Origin: Gemmatimonadota bacterium
GTDB taxonomy: Bacteria; Gemmatimonadota; Gemmatimonadetes; Gemmatimonadales; GWC2-71-9
DNA length: 64,000 bases
NCBI GenBank assembly: GCA_031375485.1
Contig: JANMHX010000328.1
Coordinates: forward strand, 64,008 to 128,007
Reading direction: 5' to 3'
The position numbers and the translations under genes were made by a program. Under the pieces are notes generated by a model that saw only the letters and a list, made by a program, of their open reading frames with translations, did not search any database and was not told where the DNA came from. Positions 54,346-63,274 of the stretch are shown piece by piece; positions within the stretch are counted from its first letter, which is position 1, and each line of letters starts with the position of its first letter.

Positions 54346-55742
54346 GCGCTCTTGTCGGCGGACGTCAGGGCCTTGAGCAACTGATACCAGAAGGACACGG
54401 CTTGGTGGAACGGCTCCACCCCGACCCGCTCGTCTCGTCCATGGGCCCGGACGTCGTCGGCTTCCTCGAAGATCGCGCCGACCCCATACACCGGGATCCC
54501 GCCGTTCCGGACGAAGAGCCCGTCCGTGGCGCCGGTCGACATCTCCGGCACCATCACGGCCGAGGGCCACATTTGCTTGGCGATGCGTTCGACCGGCCCC
54601 ACCACATCCGAGCGGAGCGGCGACGGCGGGCTCGCCTCGGAGGGCTGGGTCACCGTGATCTGAATGGTGGGATCGGCGACGATCCGCGCCAGCACGGTCT
54701 GCACCGCTTCTCTCGTGTCATCGGGAAGCAACCGGCAGTTGACCGTGGCTCTGGCGAGCTGCGGGAGGGCATTGTCCGCGTGGCCCCCCAATAGCCGGGT
54801 CGCGACACACGTCGTCCGCATGACCGAGTTGAAATAGGGCGATTGGGCGCTCAGCCGAGCGGCGGCGGCCGGGTCGGCGGTGGCCGCGACTGCCTTCATG
54901 TCAGCCGCCGTCAGGCCGGTTTCCGCCAGGGCGCTTCGGTCGAAGAAGGCCCGAGTGGTTTCGTTGAGGCGGACCGGAAAGTCAAACTCGGCCAGGCGGC
55001 CAAGTCCCGCCGCCAGGCGATAGATCGCGTTGTCCCGGATCGGCAGCGAGCTGTGGCCTCCTTTGTTTCGCGCCTCCAATGAAAACGTGAGGTAGATCTT
55101 CTCGGCGGTCTGGACCGAAAACGCCCGGGGCTTCCCATTGACCAGCAGACCACCGCCGCCGTCGGTGTTGAGGGCGTACTCGGCGTCGATCAGCGCCCGG
55201 TGTTCCTTCATCAACCAGACGATGCTTTCCTGCACGGTCTCCTCATCCGAAGTCAGGACCATGATCAAATCACGGTCGGGTACGAACTTCTCCTGCTTCA
55301 ATCGGATGAAATTGGCTACCAAGGTAGCCACCCCGGCTTTGTTGTCCGCCGTGCCGCGCCCGTAGTAGAAGCCGGCTTCCTCCTTGAACGTGTAGGGATC
55401 GAACGACCAGTCTTCCTTGCGGGCGTCGACCACGTCCAAGTGTGCCATCAGCAGGATCGGCTTCTTGCCGGAGGCGCGGCCCCGATACCGGGCCACCACG
55501 TTTTGGTACCGCGGCTGATGGCCGAGGACGGTGACATCGCTCGCCGGGAATCCGGCGGCCTTGAGCCGGGCCGCGATGGCCGCCGCCAGCTCCGGGGTGT
55601 GGCCGGCCGAGTCGCTGGTATTGACCTCGATCAGTTCTTTGAGGATCGACCGCTCGAGGACCCGGGCCGGGTCGGCGGATTGGGCCACTGCCGGGATGCT
55701 CACCAGGGACCCCATGATCCCGATTGCCAAGACGACGCGCAT
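54342..55742 (-). CDS. M20 family metallopeptidase (carboxypeptidase/dipeptidase-like), secreted
   Basis: The ATG at 55742 is preceded by GGAG. It has a signal peptide ending PAVAQ. Metal motifs are MAHLDVVD, GRGTADNKAG and TSDEE. Confidence 0.85.
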   Translation of the reverse strand: MRVVLAIGIMGSLVSIPAVAQSADPARVLERSILKELIEVNTSDSAGHTPELAAAIAARLKAAGFPASDVTVLGHQPRYQNVVARYRGRASGKKPILLMAHLDVVDARKEDWSFDPYTFKEEAGFYYGRGTADNKAGVATLVANFIRLKQEKFVPDRDLIMVLTSDEETVQESIVWLMKEHRALIDAEYALNTDGGGGLLVNGKPRAFSVQTAEKIYLTFSLEARNKGGHSSLPIRDNAIYRLAAGLGRLAEFDFPVRLNETTRAFFDRSALAETGLTAADMKAVAATADPAAAARLSAQSPYFNSVMRTTCVATRLLGGHADNALPQLARATVNCRLLPDDTREAVQTVLARIVADPTIQITVTQPSEASPPSPLRSDVVGPVERIAKQMWPSAVMVPEMSTGATDGLFVRNGGIPVYGVGAIFEEADDVRAHGRDERVGVEPFHQAVSFWYQLLKALTSADKSA

Positions 55743-55877
55743 GCGGTGCTCCAAGAAGACCTGCGAAGGGTTGGTACCAAGTCTCAAATATACGCCGCCG
55801 CCACGAGGAAGGCCGCCGAGCCGCCGAAGAGGCGACCCGGCGGCCGGGGGAGTGGACCGAGGTGGTGCCCTTCAAGC

Positions 55878-56348
55878 CTACGGTATAGGCTTGCCCTCGC
55901 GTTCCACGATCGTGGGCCAGTTCCCATCGGCCAGCTTGAGCCGGGCCTCCGGTTCCTTCTTCCAGAGTTCCAGGACTTTCTTGCTGTTCTGGAGGATCAG
56001 CCGGCCGTTCATGACGGTGTACGCCTCAGGGTCGACCGGGGCGAGATAGCCCCGCGACGCGCCGTAGCCGCAATACCCCCCGAACTGGGGGGCGTACTTG
56101 GCCGGCTCGTTCAGGAACCGGTCCCGGTGGTCCGCCGACATGAAGTAGTAGGTGGCTCCAAGATGTTTGGCCGAGAACGCCTCCACGCCTTTGACCGGGG
56201 CGGTCTCGGTGAAGTAGCTGACCGGGTCGTAACCCTCGAGGGCCAGGCCGCTCTTGGCGTTGACGACGACTTTGGGTGCTTGGGCCTCGGCGGCGGGCCC
56301 CGAAATGAGGAGGCCGCCCGTGACGGCCATCAGAGAAAGGATTCGCAT
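55878..56348 (-). CDS. YHS-domain family periplasmic protein
   Basis: Has a signal peptide. The motifs ALEGYDPVSYF...ATYYFMSADHRDRFLNEPAKYAPQFGGYCGYG match the YHS-domain family. The family's Cys/Sec position is encoded here by TGC. Confidence 0.75.
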   Translation of the reverse strand: MRILSLMAVTGGLLISGPAAEAQAPKVVVNAKSGLALEGYDPVSYFTETAPVKGVEAFSAKHLGATYYFMSADHRDRFLNEPAKYAPQFGGYCGYGASRGYLAPVDPEAYTVMNGRLILQNSKKVLELWKKEPEARLKLADGNWPTIVEREGKPIP

Positions 56349-56425
56349 GCCGGATAAAATGCCGGACCGCGGGGTTTGGTTCCCACCGGCTAGCGCGGCA
56401 CCGGGGCCCGGACTACCGTTCCCTG

Positions 56426-57280
56426 ATGAGCCTCCCCTTTCGGCCCACCGACACCCGGTATCTCGACCTCTATCACAAGGCCAAAAAGCTCCACTGGGAT
56501 CCCGCCGATATCGATCTCAGCCGGGACCGGGCCGATTGGGACCGGCTCCGTCGCGACTATGCCGCCGAGCGGTTCGAGGAGCAGATCTACCGGCTGTGTT
56601 CGTTGTTCTACCAGGGCGAGGCGTCGGTGACCCGGACCCTGGCCCCTTATCTCGTGGCCACCTCGCGGCTCGGTCTCGGCATGGCCCAGGAAATGTTCCT
56701 GGCCACTCAACTCTATGAGGAAGCCAAGCACTTCGAATTCTTCAGCCGGTATTTTCGCGAGGTCATCGGGGAGGATGGCACCGCCACCGTCCGTCATCTG
56801 AGAGGGTCGCCGCAGACGCTCCTGATCGACGGATTGGACCGGCTGGCCGACCGACTGACCCGGGAAACCGACCCGGATACCCTCCGGGTCGTGTTTGTCG
56901 AAGCGGTGACCTACTACATGGGCGTGGTCGAAGCGATGGTGGCTCGTACCGGGTACTTGGGGGTGACCGATGCGCTGGCCAGTCGGGGATGGATGCCGGG
57001 CCTCTGTGAAGGTTTCCGGCTGATCAGGCGGGACGAGGGTCGTCATGTGGCGTACGGAATCCATTGTACCCAGGACTTGGTGGCGCAATACCCCGAGTAC
57101 CGGGCCGTCGTGGAGCGGACCTTCGAAACCAGTCTCCCCGATGTGATCGGCATCGTCCAGAGCTTCGCGTATCCGCACCCGATCGTCGACGTCGGCAAGC
57201 TGACCCAGTTTGCGCTCGCGGCCTCGGTTCGGTTTCTTCGAACCGGTCCTGAATTGATTCAGGAACTCGATGAGTCGTGA
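56426..57280 (+). CDS. ribonucleotide-reductase-R2-like ferritin-fold dimetal protein (R2c/R2lox-like)
   Basis: Two ExxH motifs (EEAKH, DEGRH) plus the carboxylate ligands QGE and VEAM. Phe sits at the position four residues after the first His, where class Ia R2 carries the radical Tyr. Confidence 0.65.
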   Translation: MSLPFRPTDTRYLDLYHKAKKLHWDPADIDLSRDRADWDRLRRDYAAERFEEQIYRLCSLFYQGEASVTRTLAPYLVATSRLGLGMAQEMFLATQLYEEAKHFEFFSRYFREVIGEDGTATVRHLRGSPQTLLIDGLDRLADRLTRETDPDTLRVVFVEAVTYYMGVVEAMVARTGYLGVTDALASRGWMPGLCEGFRLIRRDEGRHVAYGIHCTQDLVAQYPEYRAVVERTFETSLPDVIGIVQSFAYPHPIVDVGKLTQFALAASVRFLRTGPELIQELDES

Positions 57281-57295
57281 GGGGGCCGGGGCCCG

Positions 57296-58342
57296 TTAGG
57301 CCAGGCGCCGGCTCCGGCGGCCGGAGAGCCGCTGCCGGAGCCAGACCTGATGCCGGTGGAGATAGCCCAAGAGTCGCATGACCCACACGAGCCAGTCCGG
57401 CGCGGATTCAACCGGCCTCGCGGGGAGGCCGCTCTGGCCGTTCGACGCGGCCCACTGGCGACAGGCTTCCCAGTCGAACCGCCAGATATCATCGAGCCAG
57501 AACCGCCGGGCGCCATGCTGTTCGATGGCCCGAAGGACCTCCACGTCGTACCAATGGTAGGGCGGATCGGCCACGGTCCGCATATCGATACCGAGCGCTT
57601 CCCACCCGGCAAACCACTCGGCTCGGGTCGGTTCGATCCGGCCTTCCCAGGTGAAGTCGAGGTGGTTCTGGTACCGCAACCGGCGCTTGAACACCGGCCG
57701 GCAGGTCCCCAACCCATTCTCGACCACGCTGTACCACCGGAGCTTCGATGCCATCCCGGACGAGCGGAGCGGGGCATAGTGGAGGAGGCGGACGTCGTTG
57801 AGCTTGAGCCGCGGGGCATCGGGTGGCAGCGGGAGCCGGCCGCTGTGGATCAACCGTCCCTCGTGCGGCGCCCCATCATCGATGTATCCAAAGGGGCGCC
57901 AGCGGTCATGCCGCATGCACCGGTCGGTGGTCAGCAACAGATCGACGAGTTCAAAGGTCAGGACGGTCCCCGGCGGCGCCGCCAACATGGTTTGCCATCC
58001 CGGGCTGGCCGGGGCGTCGGCCGCGATGATCTCATCGGCATCGAGGGCCAGAAGCACCTTGGGGCCAGGGACCAGGCGCCGGGCCGTGTCGAGGAGCAGG
58101 GTTTGGCGAGCCGCCTCGCTGAAGCCGGGGTCGGGGTTGTCGACCACCGTGATCTTGGGGTACCGCGAGGCAATCCGGCGGGTCTCATCGGTGGAATGCT
58201 GGTCGGCCAGGATGACGTGGTCGGCCAGTCGCGTCGTGATCGCGAGAAACCGATCGAGGATCCACCCCTCGTTGCGGACCGGGGTGAGCACCACCAGCGG
58301 GAGCGGTCGGGGTTCGGTCATGGGGAGCCCATCGGATGCCAA
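57296..58342 (-). CDS. family 2 glycosyltransferase
   Basis: The N-terminal pattern is VVLTPVRNEG...ADQHSTDET. A DxD-like LALDADE motif is present. Confidence 0.7.
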   Translation of the reverse strand: MASDGLPMTEPRPLPLVVLTPVRNEGWILDRFLAITTRLADHVILADQHSTDETRRIASRYPKITVVDNPDPGFSEAARQTLLLDTARRLVPGPKVLLALDADEIIAADAPASPGWQTMLAAPPGTVLTFELVDLLLTTDRCMRHDRWRPFGYIDDGAPHEGRLIHSGRLPLPPDAPRLKLNDVRLLHYAPLRSSGMASKLRWYSVVENGLGTCRPVFKRRLRYQNHLDFTWEGRIEPTRAEWFAGWEALGIDMRTVADPPYHWYDVEVLRAIEQHGARRFWLDDIWRFDWEACRQWAASNGQSGLPARPVESAPDWLVWVMRLLGYLHRHQVWLRQRLSGRRSRRLA

Positions 58343-58372
58343 GTTAACGGGACCGGGGCTATTCTTTGAGTC

Positions 58373-59257
58373 ATGTCAGTCCGACCATGGGTCCTCGCCA
58401 CGGTGGCGCTTGGTGCCGGGATCATCGCCCGCCCGGCGACGGCTCAGACCGATGCTCTGGCTCGGGCGCCGTCCCGATTCGCGGTCCTCGACGGCGTTCG
58501 GATCCATTATAAGAGCCTCGGCACCGGCCGAACGGCGGTGGTCCTGGTCCACGGGTGGGCCTGTGATCTCGGGGTCTGGCGGAGCCAGGCCGCGGTCCTC
58601 GAAGGTCGGGTTCGGATCCTGGCCCTCGACCTCCCAGGACACGGCCGGAGCGACAAACCCACGGTTCCCTATTCGATGGCGTTCATGGCCCGGGCGGTCA
58701 ACGCCGTCGTCGAGGCGGCCCAGGTTGATCAGGTGGTGCTGGTCGGGCATAGCATGGGCACGCCGGTGGCCCGGCAGTTTTACCGGCTTTTCGGCGCCAA
58801 GGTCAAGGGAATCGTGGTGGTCGACGGGGCCCTCAAATCCCCAGGCCTCGATAGCGCCGCCATCGAGCGGACCGTCCAGGCGTTCTCGGGACCCGGCCGC
58901 GAAGCGATGTTTGAGCAGATGATTGCGCCGATGTTTCCCGGTGAGGCGCTAGCCGCCGCCCGGCGGGACGTCATTCGGATGGCCAACGCGACTCCGCCGC
59001 ATGTGGTGACCGGGGCGATGCGCGGCATGCTGGATCCGGCAATTTGGGGCGATGATCCGATCCGGGTGCCGGTCTTGGCGGTCATGGCCAAGGGTCCCAA
59101 CTGGCCCCCGGCCTACCGGGCGTATGTCACCCGCCTAGTCCCCGAACTCGACTATCAAGAGCTCGAAGGGGTCCACCATTTTCTGATGCTGGAGCGGCCC
59201 GATCTCTTCAATCCGATGCTGACCGACTTCTTGAAGACCCTCGGCGTCATGCCATAA
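58373..59257 (+). CDS. alpha/beta hydrolase, secreted
   Basis: Has a signal peptide, VLVHGW, the nucleophile elbow GHSMGT, and a C-terminal GVHHFLMLE (His of the triad). Confidence 0.8.
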   Translation: MSVRPWVLATVALGAGIIARPATAQTDALARAPSRFAVLDGVRIHYKSLGTGRTAVVLVHGWACDLGVWRSQAAVLEGRVRILALDLPGHGRSDKPTVPYSMAFMARAVNAVVEAAQVDQVVLVGHSMGTPVARQFYRLFGAKVKGIVVVDGALKSPGLDSAAIERTVQAFSGPGREAMFEQMIAPMFPGEALAAARRDVIRMANATPPHVVTGAMRGMLDPAIWGDDPIRVPVLAVMAKGPNWPPAYRAYVTRLVPELDYQELEGVHHFLMLERPDLFNPMLTDFLKTLGVMP

Positions 59258-59288
59258 AAAAGGCGGGCCGAAGCCCGCCTTCTTTTCC
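59256..59288. terminator. bidirectional intrinsic terminator between convergent genes
   Basis: The sequence is AAAAAAGGCGGGC-cgaa-GCCCGCCTTCTTTTCC. It forms a 9-bp G+C-rich stem (59260-59268 / 59273-59281) with a tetraloop, a T-run on the plus strand and an A-run (T-run on the minus strand). Confidence 0.8.
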
Positions 59289-59303
59289 AGCGATCTCGCG
59301 GGT

Positions 59304-60236
59304 CTAGTTCTCAACCAAGATCAAGAACTTCGAATTGGTCCAGAAGTTCTCCGGGTTGGTAATCTGCAGCGTGCCCCGGACTTTGCCCTTGGACTGGGCG
59401 GCCAAGTTCGCGAATGTCAGGTTCTGGTTGGTGACCACCTTGTACTGCTTGTCGGCCTTCGGCATCGGGATTTCGGCGGTCTGGCGCCGGTCGATGGCGG
59501 TAAAGGACGACGGATCGAGATTCTCGGCCGGCTTCAGGGTCTCACCGGTCCGGGTCACGAGCAAGAACCGGGTTCCGCCGACTTCGCGGATGATGCCCTT
59601 GTCCATCAGTTCCTTCTTGGAGCCGACGACGTAGTAGACTGTGTTCTCGCGAGTGGTCAGGGCCGAGACGGTATCCTGGAGGACCGTCTTTTCCTGGGCC
59701 AGGGTGGCCACCTGGGCCTTGGTCAGGTTGAGCTCGGACTCGAGGTTGGCGATCGACGTCTTCTGGCCCTCGACCATGGCCTTCAAGCCGTCAATCGTGG
59801 TCTGAAAATCGGCCAACACGACCCGGAGGCTGTCGGACTCGCCGGTGAGCAGCTTGATCTTCCGCTGGCTCGAGGCCAACCGAGCTTCGCTATTCTTGAG
59901 CCGCGCGGTCAGGTCTTTCACCTTCTTGAGCACGAGGGCCCGGTCGCTCGGCGAGGCGGCCAAGGGACTTTCCGGGGCCACCACTGGCTCGACGGCCTTC
60001 TTCTTGGACCCGCTTACCGTGGCCAACTCGACGTTGATGTCGGCCAGGAGCTTGGTGGTTTCGGCCAAATCCCGGAACAGGCTGTCCTTGGTGGCCGAGA
60101 CGTTGGACATCTGCTGGACCTGGGTCCGGAAGAATTCGGTTGAATCGGAGGGGATCGATTGGACGACCTGGCCCCGGGGGGTGGCGTTGCAGGCGAGGCC
60201 GGTGAGCGCAGCGAGGGTGACGAGATGGCGTTTCAT
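59304..60236 (-). CDS. coiled-coil lipoprotein of unknown function
   Basis: The lipoprotein signal is MKRHLVTLAALTGLAC. About 150 aa of heptad-like coiled coil follow, then a C-terminal globular domain (YYVVGSKKELMDKGII...). Base composition is visibly less G+C-rich than the neighbours. Confidence 0.65.
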   Translation of the reverse strand: MKRHLVTLAALTGLACNATPRGQVVQSIPSDSTEFFRTQVQQMSNVSATKDSLFRDLAETTKLLADINVELATVSGSKKKAVEPVVAPESPLAASPSDRALVLKKVKDLTARLKNSEARLASSQRKIKLLTGESDSLRVVLADFQTTIDGLKAMVEGQKTSIANLESELNLTKAQVATLAQEKTVLQDTVSALTTRENTVYYVVGSKKELMDKGIIREVGGTRFLLVTRTGETLKPAENLDPSSFTAIDRRQTAEIPMPKADKQYKVVTNQNLTFANLAAQSKGKVRGTLQITNPENFWTNSKFLILVEN

Positions 60237-60471
60237 GGGGTCGTCTTTCTCCGTAGCGGCAAGGCCTATCCCTGCCTAGGTCTTCAAGTTAGGAAAGATG
60301 ATCTGATCGCTTTCCAAAGCCAAGGGACGACCGAGTCCAGCCGGGTTGCACATCCTTGACACCGTCCGGTGCCTTGACACTTGGCCTATCTGATCCCGAA
60401 ATTGTTGTCAGGTAATCAGTTTGGCCCCTCCTCGGGGTCGATTTCCACTTCCCAACTTGAGGGACCCCGGT

Positions 60472-63252
60472 ATGCCTCGTTTCCTGCGATCGTGGCTGTT
60501 GGTGCTCACCCTGAGTCTTGTTCCAGCGTTGTTGGTTGCCCAGACCGGGTCCATTGCCGGACGGGTGACGGACAGCACTCGATCGGTTGGCCTCGGGGGC
60601 GCCCAAATCTCGGTTCGTGATGCCGCCGGTCGGGGCGCCGGGTCGGCCGTCAGCGCCTCGGATGGGAGTTTTCGGGTCGATCAGTTGGCTGCCGGGGCCT
60701 ATTCGGTGTCGGTGGCGTTGATTCCCTACGGGGCGAAGCGGTTCGACGGCGTGACGGTCACGGCCGGCGGCACCGCCACGGTCACCGCCGCGCTGGTCAA
60801 CCGGGCGTTCCTGCTCGATGAGGTCCGGGTCAGCTCGGTGTCGCGCGTGCCCGAGAAACTCAATGATGCCCCGGCCAGCATCACGGTCATTCCTGCGGTG
60901 CAGATCCAGGAACGGGCAGCGTTGTCGGTGCTCGATCACTTGAAGACCGCGCCCGGGGTGTCGTTCTCCGAGGGGGGCTTGGTTCAATCGAATATCGTGT
61001 CCCGCGGCTTCAACAACATTTTTTCCGGGTCGCTCTTGACGTTGATCGACAACCGGTATGCGGCGGTCCCGTCGCTCCGGGTCAACGTGCCGGCTTTCTT
61101 CTCCTCGACCAACGACGACATCGAACAAATCGAGTTTGTGCTCGGACCTGGGGCGGCGCTCTACGGTCCGAACGTCACCAACGGGGTGCTCCACATCATT
61201 ACCAAGTCGCCGTTGACCTCCCCCGGCACCACGATTTCGGTCGAGGGTGGCTATCGGGGCAAGTCGCCCTCGGTGGTCGGCACGTCGGCGGCGGACAAGA
61301 ACGGTGGCGTCTTCCGGATGGGCTTCCGCCATGCGACCCGGCTGTCCCCGAAGCTCGGCTTCAAGGTGTCGGGCGAGTATCTGGCCGGCGACGATTGGCG
61401 CTACGCCGACAAAGGCGACACCCTGCGGCCGAAGGTGGGGGGCGGCAAGTCGCGGTGTACGTCGACCGCCATTGGCTGCCGGGATTTCGATATCCGGCGG
61501 TGGGGCGGCGAGGCGCGGGTCGACTTCAAGCCCAATGACAACACCGAATGGATCACCAGCTACGGCCGGACCGAGGCCGGGAGCCTGATCGAGCTCACCG
61601 GCATTGGCGCCGGTCAGGCCCGGAATTGGCGCTTCCAGCACCTCCAGAGCCGGTTCCGCCACAAAGAGTTCTTTGCCCAGGTCTTTGGTAACTATAGCAA
61701 CGCGGGCGAGACGTTCCTGCTCCGCGACGGCAACCCGATCCGCGACAATTCCCGGACGCTCGTTGCCCAGGCCCAGCATGGTTTCGGGTTAGGGGCCAAG
61801 CAGACCTTCATCTACGGCGTCGACTACATCTACACCGACGCGCGGACCAGCGGCACGATCAACGGGTCGAATGAAGGCGATGACAACATCAAGGAGATCG
61901 GGGCTTATCTCCACAGCGTGACGAAGCTGAGCCCGAAGTTCGACATCGTTTCGGCGCTCCGGGTGGATAAGCACAGCCGGCTCGATAAGGCGGAGTTTTC
62001 GCCGCGGCTGGCGCTGGTCATGAAGCCGAACGAAGACGTCAATCTTCGGTTGACCTACAACCGCGCCTTCTCGACTCCCAGCAACAACAATCTGTTCCTC
62101 GATATCGCCGCCGGGCAGGCGGGCCCCTACACTGTTCGCGCGTTGGGCGTGCCGAGATCGGGGTTCCGTTTCCGGGTCAACGGAGGCTGCGCGGGCGGAC
62201 TCGACAACCTGTGCATGCGGGCCATCCCGGTTCCCGGAGCACCCACGTCGCTCTTGCCGGCCCGGGCTACGGCCCTCTGGCAATTGGCGGTCGGGTTGGT
62301 CTCGGCTGACCCGCGGTTGCCGGCCAGTCTGAAGCAATTGCTGGCGGCCATCCCGGCCCCGACGACGCAGGTCAACACCCAGCTTCGCCGGCTCAATGCC
62401 ACGACGGGGCAGTTTGTGGCCATCCCGCCCGAGCAGGTGACCGACATCACCTCCATCCGGCCGAGTATTTCCAATACCCTCGAATTCGGCTACAAGGGCA
62501 ATATCAGCGGCAAGGCGCGGCTCTCGGTGGATGTGTACTTCGAACGGCGGGAAAACTTCGTTGGCCCGTTGATCGTGGAATCGCCGAACGTGTTCCTGGA
62601 CGGCGCCTCGTTGGCGGCCTACCTCACGGCCGCCTTTACGCCGGCGATCGGCGCGGCGGGGGCGGCCCAAGCGGTGGGTGCGTTGGCCCCGGCGTTGGCC
62701 GGGATTCCCCTTGGTACCGTGGTGCCGAATGACGGCGGGTCGCTGGTTGGTCGGCCGGATATTTTCCTGACCTACCGGAACTTCGGGTCGGTCGACCTCT
62801 ACGGGAGCGACATGGCCTTCGACTACGTCGCCAACGACCGGTGGTCATTTGCGGCGACCTACTCGCTGGTCAACAAAGATTACTTCACCGCGGCAGAGGT
62901 GAACGGCCCGACGGATATTGCGCTCAACGGTTCCAAGAGCCGGGGGTCCGCCACGGTTCGGCTTCGGAACGATCCGCAGGGCTGGGCAAGCGAGGCGCGG
63001 GTCCGGTACGTCAAGGGCTTCCCGGTGAACTCGGGTGTGTACGTAAGCCCGCAGAATAGCGACGGGAGCTTCATCCCGACCGACTCCTACGGCGTGGTGG
63101 ACATCCAAGGGAGCTATCGCCCCAGGTTTGGAGCCCGGAACATGATCATGTCGCTCAGCGTCAACAATGTGTTCGACAAGGGCTACGCGACCTTCGTCGG
63201 GGTACCGAAGATCGGCCGCCTGGTCATGTCGAAGGTATCGTACACGTTCTGA
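60472..63252 (+). CDS. TonB-dependent receptor with carboxypeptidase-regulatory-like domain
   Basis: The ATG at 60472 is preceded by GAGGGA. It has a signal peptide ending LLVAQ and the segment GSIAGRVTDSTRS. The plug motif is IVSRGFNNIFSGSLLTLIDNRY. The C-terminus ends ...KVSYTF. Confidence 0.85.
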   Translation: MPRFLRSWLLVLTLSLVPALLVAQTGSIAGRVTDSTRSVGLGGAQISVRDAAGRGAGSAVSASDGSFRVDQLAAGAYSVSVALIPYGAKRFDGVTVTAGGTATVTAALVNRAFLLDEVRVSSVSRVPEKLNDAPASITVIPAVQIQERAALSVLDHLKTAPGVSFSEGGLVQSNIVSRGFNNIFSGSLLTLIDNRYAAVPSLRVNVPAFFSSTNDDIEQIEFVLGPGAALYGPNVTNGVLHIITKSPLTSPGTTISVEGGYRGKSPSVVGTSAADKNGGVFRMGFRHATRLSPKLGFKVSGEYLAGDDWRYADKGDTLRPKVGGGKSRCTSTAIGCRDFDIRRWGGEARVDFKPNDNTEWITSYGRTEAGSLIELTGIGAGQARNWRFQHLQSRFRHKEFFAQVFGNYSNAGETFLLRDGNPIRDNSRTLVAQAQHGFGLGAKQTFIYGVDYIYTDARTSGTINGSNEGDDNIKEIGAYLHSVTKLSPKFDIVSALRVDKHSRLDKAEFSPRLALVMKPNEDVNLRLTYNRAFSTPSNNNLFLDIAAGQAGPYTVRALGVPRSGFRFRVNGGCAGGLDNLCMRAIPVPGAPTSLLPARATALWQLAVGLVSADPRLPASLKQLLAAIPAPTTQVNTQLRRLNATTGQFVAIPPEQVTDITSIRPSISNTLEFGYKGNISGKARLSVDVYFERRENFVGPLIVESPNVFLDGASLAAYLTAAFTPAIGAAGAAQAVGALAPALAGIPLGTVVPNDGGSLVGRPDIFLTYRNFGSVDLYGSDMAFDYVANDRWSFAATYSLVNKDYFTAAEVNGPTDIALNGSKSRGSATVRLRNDPQGWASEARVRYVKGFPVNSGVYVSPQNSDGSFIPTDSYGVVDIQGSYRPRFGARNMIMSLSVNNVFDKGYATFVGVPKIGRLVMSKVSYTF

Positions 63253-63274
63253 TCCGGGGATTGGGAATCACCGA

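Noticed and set aside
55878-56348. A possible selenocysteine-containing member of the YHS-domain family.
   Set aside because: The family position that can be Sec is encoded here by TGC (QFGGYCGYG). There is no in-frame TGA, so this is an ordinary Cys form.
60237-60471. A riboswitch or other structured leader might sit upstream of the fourth TBDR gene, for example cobalamin or another cofactor.
   Set aside because: I could not recognise any conserved riboswitch core sequence or an extended stem architecture by eye. Only short direct repeats were seen.
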